A program made the position numbers and the translations under genes. DNA of 64,000 nt, from NCBI GenBank assembly GCA_000320545.1, contig ADNK01003343.1, forward strand, positions 23,991 through 87,990, written 5' to 3'. The notes under the pieces were generated by a model. The model was given only the letters and a program-made list of their open reading frames with translations. It had not been told where the DNA came from and did no database searches. Shown here piece after piece: positions 1 to 12,384 of this stretch (positions within the stretch are counted from its first letter, which is position 1; each line of letters begins with the position of its first letter). The DNA comes from Bigelowiella natans CCMP2755 (taxonomy: Eukaryota > Protista > Cercozoa).

Positions 1-172
1 GCTGCTTTCTTTCTTCTTCTCCGCTTCATTTCTGATAACTAAGGCGTGCCACAACCACTTTTTTGTTACGCTGTCCAACTGGCCCGAATCTATAAATAAT
101 TATCAGCATCACCCTTATCGTCGTCGTCATCATCACCATCATCATCATCATCATCATCATCATCTTGATTAG

Positions 173-1002
173 GGAGGTTAGATCAGATGGCCTCAGGCAT
201 TCTAATTCTTTCGCAAAACGGCCGGATAATACAACGCCTCATCTCCCCAAAGTACAACACAGATCGCAAATGTGTTGACATGAGACAAAATATCGTCGCT
301 ACAGGATGCTCCCTTTTACAGCTTTCTTTGGTAAGTTCCATTTTCAATTTCTGCATTTATTTCAAGCAATGTTGTCATCGTCATGACATTATACATAATA
401 TATATATATATATATATATGTATGAATACATATTTTTTTGTATGTAATCTTTTAGGCATCACCTTGAGAAGCAGTATCTTGTAGAGGTGAGTTCCGACTT
501 GGATCTGGACACCAAGAAGGAGCAGACTGCTTTTGCTGATGGTGAGTGGCTTTCGCAGATGCTTTCTATGTCGGGTGCCGATTTTTTTTTTATAATTGCC
601 GGTGATGATGCGGCATCAGGAAATATTGCCATCCGCAATCGCAAGACGAATGAATTGGAACGATGCAGTCCCGCGCGTCTTGAGTACATCGGGCCGAGAA
701 CGGCTCGCGTGTGGTTGGCAGAAGGGCGATATCATCAGCTTCGAAGGATGTTCGCGGCGTTAGACAACGAGGTGGTTCTTGAGAATGATGATGGTGGCAT
801 AACTGGACACTAATTACCCATGTTTGTGCACCATGCGATTGTGGAATCTTTAATGACATGCGTGCAACTTATATACTGATGCGCGCAGGTTGTCGGGATC
901 CACAGAGAAAGTGTTGGTCCCATTCAGCTGGATTCGGGTTTAGAGCCGGGCGAGTGGAGAGAACTCACTGAGCAAGAGATCCAAACCATTTTGCCGGAGT
1001 GA
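173..1002 (+). CDS. RsuA/RluB-family RNA pseudouridine synthase, 3' part, spliced
   Basis: After the AG at 171-172 the frame reads GRLDQMASGILILSQNG (catalytic GRLD motif). Later exons give LAEGRYHQLRRMF and VVGIHRESVGPIQLDSGLEPGEWRELTEQEI, stop TGA at 1000-1002. The 5' end lies outside the window. Confidence 0.85.
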
Positions 1003-2425
1003 TCGCTGGTGTGTGTTGTACACGAAAACACCATGCATGCAGCGGTGCATGATGGCGCTTGTTTGTATGTGAATGAATCTGGATAGAAGCATATTTCCTC
1101 CTGCCTGCGCCACGTTGCCCAGCGGTGTATCATGTTATGTCACACATTCAAGCTTAAGAATACAAGGGAAGCAGCCAAAACATTGATGTTGAAACATCTG
1201 GAGCACTATAGCAGGCGTCGTGTGCTACTTTCGGCCAACATTAATTACTAATAGTCTAGATAAGCTTGCATGTTAACGGAGACGGCGCACGTGCAGCTGG
1301 CGACTACCAGTATTTTCGATGTTCTTGTCCACGACTTGCGATGACTGTGCTGTTAGCGAATACGCATGCTACATCGACCAACCGTGGGGCGTAGCTGCTA
1401 TGTATAGCGCACTATGCGAAGCCGATCAATGGCCGGCTACAACTGCTCAGCTTGCACGCTATAACATGTGGCAAGACTGCAATATTAATAAAATGTGTAA
1501 CGAATGGATGCCACTCGCGTACCGCCATGGCATTATTGCTCCGTCAATGATGCATGGAGAGATACTAGCCGTACATGCTTGTATATCATGTGTGGTCGCA
1601 CAATTTCATTTTGACATTGCTGCAGTTTTTTCGACGAAAACAACAATGTGGCAATAATGTAGTGCAACGATATTATTATCATGTTGAAATTTAACACGCA
1701 TAGATACTTCCATATACACAGCTACATTAGAATGACTGGTGAAAAAATGTAATCGTTTCATGACATCCGTCTCACACTACTGTGTACCGTACTATTGTAC
1801 ACAGCCGCATAAAGTTATGTAGATTGAAAGTGTTGGAAAATCTTCTATCGCAGATGGTTGGCATCTAAAGCACGCTCTGTGACTAGCTAAGGATCTGAAG
1901 AATCATCCTCTCAGCAAGCTAATTCGAGCCAAAATTTGTCCGCCTGAGATCAAAAGCCAGAGTAATGCAAAAAACGATTACGAACAGTAAGAAGTAAATC
2001 ATTACCGGTCTTTTTGGTCTTCTTGAGATCTCGAGTGAAGCATACTGGTTTATTGTACCTATATCCACATCGCAAAATGTCATGTATTCGACTAGGTACG
2101 ATCGTAAGTATGAGCTTACAGAGGCAAGTGGCAGGTGCAATCTGATCTTTCACCAAGATGATTTAAATCAATGAACCTGAGTAAGAATATATAGTAAGAA
2201 TAATTTTCTGGGTTGCTTTGGTAGTAGCATTTTGATGGTTGTTGTATTTGCTCATACGAGAATTCGAAGTCACTGTTGTAGCAGCTTCCATCCTAAATAT
2301 TGATATTGAAAACGAGGGCTGAATACAAACGCAGATTCATAGAGAAGAAAAGGTGCATATGATGAAAAAGAAGCACAAAATTAAAACAATCTTCAAAGTT
2401 CGTCCCTTGATCCATTCTACTTACC

Positions 2426-5400
2426 CTTCTCTCTTTCCTCTGCTGGAGCTGGATGAAAAGGAAGCGCGGCACCTTCTCTCTGAGATAGGAAAAATCGTTC
2501 GCTCACGTCGATTTGGAAAATAGCATCAACATATGGTTTATATTCCTTAACCAATATCGATCATCATATCTTGTGCGCGTATTTAGCTTTCGTAATACCT
2601 TCCCTTCACGACGTAGATCGGACTGGAAACATCACCAGGCGCTGTTCGCGCCGGCTTCCCGACAACACTACCCTGAAAGGACATTGAGGCTTTAGAAGAC
2701 CATATACTGCAGTTCAAACATCGGAAAGGTACCAGATCATCAACAATAGTGACTACGAAAAATGTCTTGCCGGTGTGCACTGATGCTGCTGACCCCTCCG
2801 CGTCAAAGGACATATCGCTCTTCGCTTTTGTACAGCAAAGCAGAACAGCATCAGATTGGAAAGGACGCGATTGAAATAATATATGATCGCGTGAAACCTA
2901 AATTCGTCGACTCCTTGCTACCGATCTTCTTCGTCTGAGATAAATGGTTATCTGTTTGCGCGCATTTCTTTGAGTTAAAAAAAAATGAATGATATTACCG
3001 AAAATGACCTCGACAGCTTGCTGTTGGATCCCTTGATGGACATAACCCCATCGTCCAGTTTAAGCTTTTTCTGCGAAGAATTCATGTGATACATGATTTC
3101 AGCATTGAACTACATCATCCAATGCTTCCTATCACCTTCTTTGCATCGACGGACTCAATAGTAAGCTTCCAAACCTCCGCTCCCTTGATCTACCGCAATG
3201 TGATAAAATTAAACGAGCGATAGATTGAGCCAATGAGTGAATACAACGGTAGGATCTACCTGTTTGGTGATATCATATGAGAATGCCGACCACTCCATCC
3301 AATTGTTTGCATGGTCCTTATTATTTGCGGTGCCCTTACTGGACTCCGCTCCAGAAACCTTTACACGTGTATGGAATTCAGCAACAACAACAACACTGAA
3401 AACACTTATGCAGATGTGACCTTCGAAGCGTCGTCCTTCTTGGCGCTCTCTTGTTTGCGTTCTTCATTATCTTAGTAATTTGTGCAGGAAATTTAAATCA
3501 GCTTTAGCTGCTCTAGGCTATTTTCAGGTCGATCTGCGTGACACTTACCCTTGAGCTTTGCAGACATCTCCAGTGATGCTTTCAGCTTCGTAATCTGATG
3601 TTAGTTCAAACTTAGCCCTGCTTCCAAATCGATGATGTTTCGGAGCTGGCGCATATTTCACAGTATTTTAGAAATAGAAACCTCGTTTTTGAGAGCTTTC
3701 TTCTCTGTCGTCCAATTTGCCTTTTCGCTTTGTAGAGATGTACATTCTTCACGCAGGTGCTTGAGAGCAGCCTCCTTTTCGATGACCTGCTGCGAGGTTG
3801 CTGCCTTGTTTGAAGAGACGGACACTTTCGCATCCTCGGCAGCCTTCTTAGCTCTCGCAGTCTCGGCAACAGCTTTGGCATTTGCTTCGCTGACAGCTTC
3901 TTTTAGCAACCTTTCCCTTTCCAGCAATTTTGCATGCTCATCACGCAATTGCTGCAGAGCTTTATTCGTAGCAGCAGCCTCTTCAGAAGCAGCCGTTGTT
4001 CTGTCTTTAGCTTCCTTGTCCGTTGCAGCGGAGGCATCGGGAACGTTCTCTTCTCTCGGCGAGGCATTAGCTGCTACTTCAATAGTTGTAATGTCTCCAC
4101 TGGTGCGCCCCATTTCAGTCTTTTTCAGATTTTTGATGTGAACGTAGGCGTCTCCAAAGGAGAGCTTCACTTGTTTGATGTCTGACGGGTTCGGGTTGAC
4201 TTCACGCCTGAGATATAGTGGTGTAGTTGTAGCGTGCTTCAGCGAAACTCATTCTACGCTCATAAACAAAATTCAAGTACCCTCTTCCGTATGGCGTCTC
4301 CCATAGCTGTAATTTCGCATCTCCACTGGTACCACCCATTTCAGTCTTTTTCAGATTTTTGATGTGAACGTAGGCGTCTCCAAAGGAGAGCTTCACTTGT
4401 TTGATGTCTGACGGGTTCGGGTTGACTTCACGCCTGAGATATAGTGGTGTAGTTGTAGCGTGCTTCAGCGAAACTCATTCTACGCTCATAAACAAAATTC
4501 AAGTACCCTCTTCCGTATGGCGTCTCCCATAGCTGTAATTTCGCATCTCCACTGGTACCACCCATTTCAGTCTTTTTCAGATTTTTGATGTGAACGTAGG
4601 CGTCTCCAAAGGAGAGCTTCACTTGTTTGATGTCTGACGGGTTCGGGTTGACTTCACGCCTGAGATATAGTGGTGTAGTTGTAGCGTGCTTCAGCGAAAC
4701 TCATTCTACGCTCATAAACAAAATTCAAGTACCCTCTTCCGTATGGCGTCTCCCATAGCTGTAATTTCGCATCTCCACTGGTACCACCCATTTCAGTCTT
4801 TTTCAGATTTTTGATGTGAACGTAGGCGTCTCCAAAGGAGAGCTTCACTTGTTTGATGTCTGACGGGTTCGGGTTGACTTTACGCCTGAGATACAGGGTG
4901 ACTCAGCGAAGCTCAATCGACATTCATAAAAACCATTCAAGTACCCTATTCCGTATGGAGTCTCCCAAAGCTGTAATTTCGCATCCCCACTGGTGCATCC
5001 CGTTTCAGCCTTTTTCAGATTTTTGATATGAACGTAGGCGTCTCCAAAGGAAAGCTTCACTTGTTGGATGTCTGACTTCTTCGGGTTGACTTCACGCCTG
5101 AGATATATTAATGATTGTGGCGCGCTTCAGCGAAACTCAATTGACACTCAGGAACAACATTCAAGTACCCTATTCCGTATGGAGTCTCCCAATATTGAGC
5201 TTGCAACGGATTGATAACGGACTTATCTGCGAGGGCTCCTTCTTTGAATTTGATATCCTCTTGTTCGGCATCTAGCTCCTTAACACTTTCTTCCTTGAGC
5301 TTGGTGGATCCAAATTCAAGCTGTACGGTGCAGATTCCGTCTTTCTTTTCAATCAGGATGCTACAGGAAAGCAATAAGATGTTAAGATATTGCGAGGTCG

Positions 5401-5768
5401 GTATGAGGCATACTCCCTTACCCTTCTCCATACGGTGTGGAAACGCGTGGTGCCTTCTTCAGATTTTTGATGTGGACGTAAGCGTCTCCGAAGCTAAGCT
5501 TCACTTTTCTAATTTCTGTCGAACTCAGCTTGGCTTCAAGCCTGAGATACAGGGCGCATCGTTATGAAGGAAATTCAGCCGGTAGTACGGATGAAACGTC
5601 AAATACCCTGTTCCGTAGGGAGTGACCCAGTATTGTCCTGCAAGCAAATTCAGAGTTACCATCACGCTTCTTTTGACTTCTGCGACAACGTTACGGATAA
5701 TCGCGACCTGCTGCTGCGTCCCCCTCTACAGCCCCAGAGTTACATTGGCAATAGAAGGCCTGACCCAT
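2426..5768 (-). CDS. Multi-exon protein: MG/Cys N-terminus, seven TPYGxG beta-rich (SH3/KOW-like) repeats, coiled coil, unassigned C-terminus
   Basis: ATG at 5768 (MGQAFYCQC). Removing GT-AG introns 5680-5707, 5638-5659 and one intron per repeat gives a continuous frame through seven TPYGxG units into the Ala/Glu/Lys-rich coiled coil of ORF 3658-4170. Further exons can be traced to about 2430; the true 3' end is uncertain and may reach about 1950. Confidence 0.7.
4109..5200 (-). repeat. Intragenic 226-bp tandem repeat (153-bp exon + 73-bp intron); three identical copies plus diverged copies
   Basis: Identical ORFs at 4202, 4428 and 4654 give a period of 226. On the minus strand GTACTT...TCTCAG (4280-4208) is a 73-nt intron, leaving 51 codons per unit. 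Confidence 0.92.
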
Positions 5769-6176
5769 GATTGCTTTTGATGTAGCTCTCGTCGACGTGA
5801 GAAGCGACGACGGGGGAACCGCGTAATGCGATAACCGAAGAGACCAGACGCGCAAAAATACCGATAATTTTCGGATAAAAAGCGAAACGCCAAGCAAAAC
5901 GGCCTGCGTTTTCTTCTTCGCTTTCCGCATAAGAGCAGCCCGCCGCAGACACCAGAGCAGCGGATTTTCCCAGGTTTTCCCTGAAAAAGATACCGTCAGG
6001 CGGGATTTTGTCATGAGACACGAGAGTATGAGAAGCCGTCTTTCCCAGCTTCCTTTTCCAGGAGCACCGGCCGTTCTTTACGAGCGACAACGACTTTTCT
6101 CCCTCCGCCTGCGATCGAGAGCGGAAGCGGGGCTTTAACGGATCCCAGAGGGATTGCTGGGCTACGTGCTAGCCGA

Positions 6177-9100
6177 ATGTCAGGAAAGGAAGAGCACCGG
6201 AGGTAAGATCTCTCCCTCGACGGAGGGACTCGCCACCTGAGGGGAAGAGAGCATATTCGAGAGGGGGGCACCGAGGACATGTACTTCGTACACAAGGTGC
6301 CATCCCGGCGGAAGCTATCCGTCGCCTCTCCCGCCTCCCAATCCAGATCTTTGTCTTTAGAAGAAGGGGTTGGAAACTCGGCGGAAGTACCACCCCATTC
6401 CCACGAGAAGCAAGGATTATGCCGCAATGAGGAAGGAAATAGACGGTATACACCCAAGTCTGCTGCTGAGTTTGATGTGTTGGACCGAGCCTTAAGTTGA
6501 CATGAATTTTGCGTGCTTTTAGTGGGGAACAGCGGACTCATAGCTGCAAAGATGGCCGGTGTGGTGAAAACGGCCACAAGCATCACCATCATAAGCACCA
6601 AGAACGACCAAACCATCATCATCATCATCAAAAACAACAACATCATCATCATCATAGTAGTAACGGTCGCCATCAAAATAATCATAGTCATTGCTGTGGA
6701 AGCCAACATCACCACCCCAACTACGAAGGGGTACACAATGCAGCAACCGATGAGAACAGCGGCAAATTCTCCTCACGATCCCAATCTCCCCATAACCACC
6801 ACAACCACCATAATCACCGCAGTCACAACCATGGCGACGATAGGTTGGTAGAACACAAATGTGATCGTAACCACCCCCACCCCACCCACCACCCCACGCA
6901 CCACCACCATGAAAATAAGAAACACCATGAGTTGGAGAGCCGGAAGCACAAATACGACAATACCATGGCACTCGAAGACGTGGAGATCGGGGGAGGAGGG
7001 GGTGCTGCAGCGCCCTTCCCGCGCAAATCGTTCACGTCGCTTCATGTAGAAGGGATATGCTGCTCAAGCGAGGTTCCCATTGTAGAGAAGCTGCTGTATG
7101 CCGTCTCCGGTGTCTCCTCCGTTAGCGTGAATGTTACTTCGCGATCAGTCCTGATTGAGTACGATTCTGATGCTACTTCTCCTGATGAGCTCGCCAAAGC
7201 CCTCACCCGTGGAGGACTTGAGGCATTCGTGAGAGACAGCAGGAAGACCTGCGAAGATGGTCAGGATAATAGTGCGAGCGCTGCATCGAACGCCTTGCCA
7301 AACTGGAAGGTATGCGTCGCCCTGCTGCTGTGGGTCATCTCGATGCTCCACCACGTGGGAGGTCGGGCGCAGAGCTTGAAGTACCTCGCGTTTGGTTCCA
7401 TACTCCTCACTGGGTATCCGGTGCTGAAGCGAGCTTTGACAGCCGTGAGAAACTGCATCTTCGACATCAACTGCCTCACGTTGATTGCCGGAGTAGGGGC
7501 TGTGGCACTGGGCGATTATTCAGAGGCTGGAGCAGTCTTTACGCTGTTCTCTCTGGCAGGGTGGTTGGAAGATAAGACCTCCGCCAACATCAAGGCGGCC
7601 ATGCAGGAAATCGTGAGCCTGAAGCCTGCAGCTGCTCTCCGCGTACGAGGACCAGAGGGCAGCAAGGAAAAACTGGACGACAATTCTGAAAATGTAGATG
7701 ACGACAACACAGCTGTTATGGTGGGGGGTGAGCACGATCATCGAAAGCATAGGATAGAAGAGCATAAGGTGTCCTCCTTTTCTCGTGAAGAGGGGCACAT
7801 CGCCACCTGCGGGCAAGAGCAGCAGCATCGCTGTTGTCATCATGATAACCATGACGATATTGATCACCACCACCACCACCACCACCACCGTCATAACAAC
7901 CGCCATCATCACCAACACAACGTCGTTTATGATGACGATGAAGATCTGGCTCCGCTGATTCTGGAGAAAAAGACGAAGAAAGTTCCTACAGAGGAGAAGC
8001 AATTACACGGCTGCTGTGACGGCCACCACAGCACGCGTGATCACTATAGGCGGCGGTGCAACAAGCACCACAACCATCATTATGACTGTGCCCACAAAAG
8101 TTCACATGGATGCTCCCATAGTCATCACCAGCATCATCATCATCATCAACATCATCATCATCATCATCATCCCACCGCTGAAAAACAACCTCCACAAGAC
8201 ATAGAGAAGATCTGCATAGAGGACGTGAGGGTTGGCGACTGCTTACAGGTGGAACCCGGGGCTAAGATCCCCATAGATGGCGTGGTGCTTAGAGGCCACG
8301 CACTGATTGACCAGTCAATCCTCACTGGAGAGTCGAGGCCTATCGAGAAGAGAAAGAGTGACAAGGTATACGCAGGGACCGTGAACGTTGCAGGGAGGAT
8401 GTGCATCAGGGCGACCGCGAGGGCCTCGGAGTCCGCTGTGAGCAGGCTGGTGGCGCTGATAGAGAAAGCACAGGCGCAGAAGTCCCCCACGGAGAAGCTC
8501 GTCGCCTCGTTTGCGAAGGTGTACACCCCCGTGATTCTCTGCGGCGCGGTGATAATGGCTGTCCTCCCTTGGGTGCTGGACCCTAACGCAACGGACTCTA
8601 ACTTCATGTGGATGCGGCGCTCGCTCATCCTCCTCGTCACATCATGTCCCTGCGCCCTGCTCATTTCCACCCCCATCGCCTACGCGTGCGCTATTTCAAC
8701 GGCGGGGAGGAACAGGGTGTTGGTCAAGGGGGGGCAGCACCTCGAGACGCTGCGGAAGCTTTCTGTCGTTGCGATGGACAAAACCGGAACCATCACGCAG
8801 GGGAGATTCGCCGTCGAGCACTTCGTCTTCATAGAGGGTAAGAGCGCGGGCATGGCGCACGTGCTGCGTGGGGTGTGTGCTGTGGAGTCATTCTCAACCC
8901 ATCCTGTGGCCAAGGCTCTCGTCGAGTATTCAAAGGAAAAGCTGGGGCATCTACTTGAGGACGATGGGTCAACAACTTGGCCGCCGTCTTCTGAGGTCAG
9001 CCATTTCAAGATCGAGGAAGGGCACGGGGTGTCGGCAACATACAATAGAGACAGGATTTACATAGGAAGTGCTCGAGAAGGAGGAGGAGGAGGAGGAGGA

Positions 9101-10093
9101 GGAGAGAGAAGGCAAGATGCGAAGGAGGGCAATGGTGGTAAGCTTCTCCCAGGAGATCGGTGGTTGGCCAAAACGGAAGAGTGGGAAACGCAAGGGGGTA
9201 CTACGGGATGGATCATCCTGAATGGCAGGCCCATAGCTTGTTACAGCGTGATTGACACCCTCAGAAGCGAAGCTATGGACACCGTCGAGGACCTACAGAA
9301 AGCGCACGGAATCAGAGTCGTGATACTGACCGGCGATAACGAAGGGGCCAGTAGACGTGTAGCTGACACCGTCGGCATCGAGGCAGATGACGTGCACTTT
9401 GGGTTGCTACCGCGAGGCAAAACCGAGTCTATAAAGCAGCTCAGAAATGTTGTAGTAGGAGATTCCCTACATGACGCGAAGAAGAAGAAGCGCAGCATCG
9501 TAGTCGCTATGGTTGGTGACGGTGTGAACGACGCTCCCGCCATTGCTGCCGCTGACGTGGGCATCTCAATGGGGTGCGCCGGGGCCGCAGCCTCCGCCAT
9601 GGAAACGGCGGATGTCGTCCTTATGGACGGCGACTTGAAGAAATTGAGCTTCCTCATTCACCTCAGCGCTCGCGTGCACAGCACCATCGTGGAGAACGTG
9701 ACACTGGCAGTTGTGATGAAAGCTATGGTCGTGGTGATGACCTTCCTAGGGTGGGCATGGCTGTGGTTAGCCGTCGTGGCGGATGTAGGATCGATGCTGC
9801 TCGTCACCATCAACAGCACGCGCCTACTGCAGAGCAAGCAGAAGCTGCAGTTCCGCAAGGAGATTCTCAGACAGATTCGCGACGGGGGCGAAAATGTCAT
9901 TGTGGTCAACGAATCCGACGACGAGGAGATAGACTTTAAGCAATCATCTAATCTCATTGTCATACAGAAAACCAACCAGCTTCACAGCGAAATACCGGTC
10001 CCTACCACCCTCCCCCTCCCCCCTCCCCCCTCCCCCCTCCCCCCATTTTTTTTTTCCCAGAGCAAACGGACGGAGGAGGGGGGTGGAAGATGA
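6177..10093 (+). CDS. P1B-type (Zn/Cd, HMA2/4-like) heavy-metal ATPase with two His-rich regions
   Basis: ORF 6509-10093 contains the CCSSE HMA domain, TGES, CPC, DKTGT, HP and GDGVND motifs. A probable ATG at 6177 joins the frame through short introns (last acceptor AG at 6521-6522); the start is tentative. Confidence 0.93.
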
Positions 10094-11102
10094 AAAGCAC
10101 GCCTAATGATACCTAATTGTGAGGGAAGCCTATTCTTTTTCTGTCACACTAATACTATTGCTTTTTCAGCTGCGTAGCTTGGCTGCTGCTGGTTTTGCTC
10201 CGAAGTAAAAGATTCTGTGCAGCGACGTGATGTTAGTTTCGGCTCCGCGGAGAATCATCCGTTTTGCATATCAACAGTTTCCAGAGCGATTTGGGACGCA
10301 ATTCATATTATCTTCCTGGGAAACAATCTGTGGTCTTGGGCCGTCATATGCGGTTCTGGGCATAACCTTGATCTATGACCGCTGTAGATCCGTAAAAATC
10401 ATTCTCGTCAGTCGCTAACGAAACATGTGCGCATTCTATTTATTTATCACGCCAGCCTATCTTATGGAAGCCGAGGCCAATAAGTCCCTCGCATCGTATG
10501 TTCGTAAAAGCTTGTTAGCATAGTTATCTGGTAGGGCTGCATATTTAGATATAGAGCACCGACAACCGAAACCATGTAACATTCTTTTCTTGCCATATAT
10601 CACATAACGACATCTAGAAGAACGTACGTACAGCCTGATGTTGATAAAATACAAAACACACGTTCTTCGTTGCGGATATGTGCTGCATGTGCATATACCT
10701 ATACGTGTCTAAGATCTGTGATGCCCAACGTTCCCTTTCTAGCTTTGCACACTCAGTCTCATCAATCTGCCACGCATGCCTGCTACATGTCAACGATCGA
10801 ACGGTCGTATTGCCGCAGCGTTGCACACAGAGCGCAGCACACGCTAGCTGCTTCATGCAAGCTAGCTAGCTAATGCAGTCTTCACCACTTATTAATGCTA
10901 CACATGCCACGCGTATGTGCTAGCGTGCTCGTCACTCATGTAGACATCATTGACTTAGCAAGTCAAGCCCGCACACTATGCAGTGTGAATGAACGTCAGG
11001 ACTAGAGCAGGTGTGCACATGCTTACACATTGTTACAAAAAACACATCTAGACATGATGAAATCATGCAGGAATCTTTACTAATATCTGTATCATCCTGC
11101 TA

Positions 11103-11663
11103 CTACGTTGCTGTGGCTGCCTCAAGGATCCAGTCGTATATAATGGCCTCTTCCCGGTTTCGCGCATCTGTGACTTCCTCCGGGTCATCAGGATGGGGGC
11201 CTCTGAGATCCAAGTGGTGGGCCCCCTTCTTCAGGAATATCCAGTACAAGCCCCTTCTCTCGTCGTAGTCGCTGATTACATCCTTGCTCTTAGCAATGAA
11301 GCCTCCGCCTGACCATGGGTCAAGAGCCCCGTTGCTCCAGATGATGTTGCTGACGTTCGCAATAAGCCCGTCGCCAAGCTTGAACCCGCCATACAGCTGG
11401 GTCAAACGCGTGGTGTTCAGCACTGCTCTTCCGTTGAAGATGCGCGAGCAAGGCTTTTCTGCAGAGTCTGCGAGTGAGAAGCTGTAGTTTCGCACACCTC
11501 TTGCAGAGAATTGGTGGAGATTTTCTGTGCACGACTGCCAACCCCATGAGTTCGGCCCTGGGCCGTCGCCGGGAATCCCTGTTTTTGTTTTTGTTTTTGT
11601 CGTTCGATCACCGTCACAATCATCATCAGTATTTATCGCTTTTATTGTTCCTCCGACTAGGAA

Positions 11664-11745
<82 letters not shown>

Positions 11746-12344
11746 TGCAGGTTATGACATGCCATCGTGTAGCCACCCCCCGCCTCTCACTACCACCACA
11801 CACACATACTCACACGCACACCCCAAACCACAGCAATCAATCTCAAGGGGCCGCTACTTCTCCGTGGCAGAAAATCTACTCGAAAATCTTGTAAGAAGAC
11901 CGACCTCCTGGTCCCTCGACGAGAGCCTGCATGCAGTCACTGCTGCCCTCAGTGCCCATCGCCATCTTGGTAATGTGTGCCGCGGCCTCGATCAAGGGAA
12001 GAGGAGGAGAACTAGCCTTGCCGCTATTTGCTGCCGCTACGAGTGCCTCACACGTGTAATTCACAGGCCACGCTGGCCGGCCACCAACCGGATACCTTAT
12101 CAATTTTACATGGAAGGATGGGGGGGGGGGGGTTACGTATATGTTCGATGTGTATGCGGTGAGAGCAGACACACAGCTTACCGAATAATTGATTGTCCTT
12201 TCTGTTTGTCTATTTATTATTATTGTTATTATTATCATTGTTATTATCATTACGGGTAGTCGAGCTGGGGAAGGCTTTCTAGGGCATATTGAAACAACTC
12301 GCTTGGCCTGTTTTCATCAGCACAGTATAAAAAGAGGAGGGAGG

Positions 12345-12384
<40 letters not shown>

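Noticed and set aside
4109-5200. CRISPR-like or non-coding satellite array
   Set aside because: Units have no unique spacers, there are no cas genes, and the repeat resolves into in-frame exon+intron units.
6011-9975. Antisense Met/Val-rich ORFs over the ATPase
   Set aside because: They are shadows of CAT/CAC His codon runs on the coding strand.
11666-11740. (CA)n(TA)n and similar (GA)n tracts as telomeric or functional repeats
   Set aside because: Ordinary intronic microsatellites that recur in most genes of the window.
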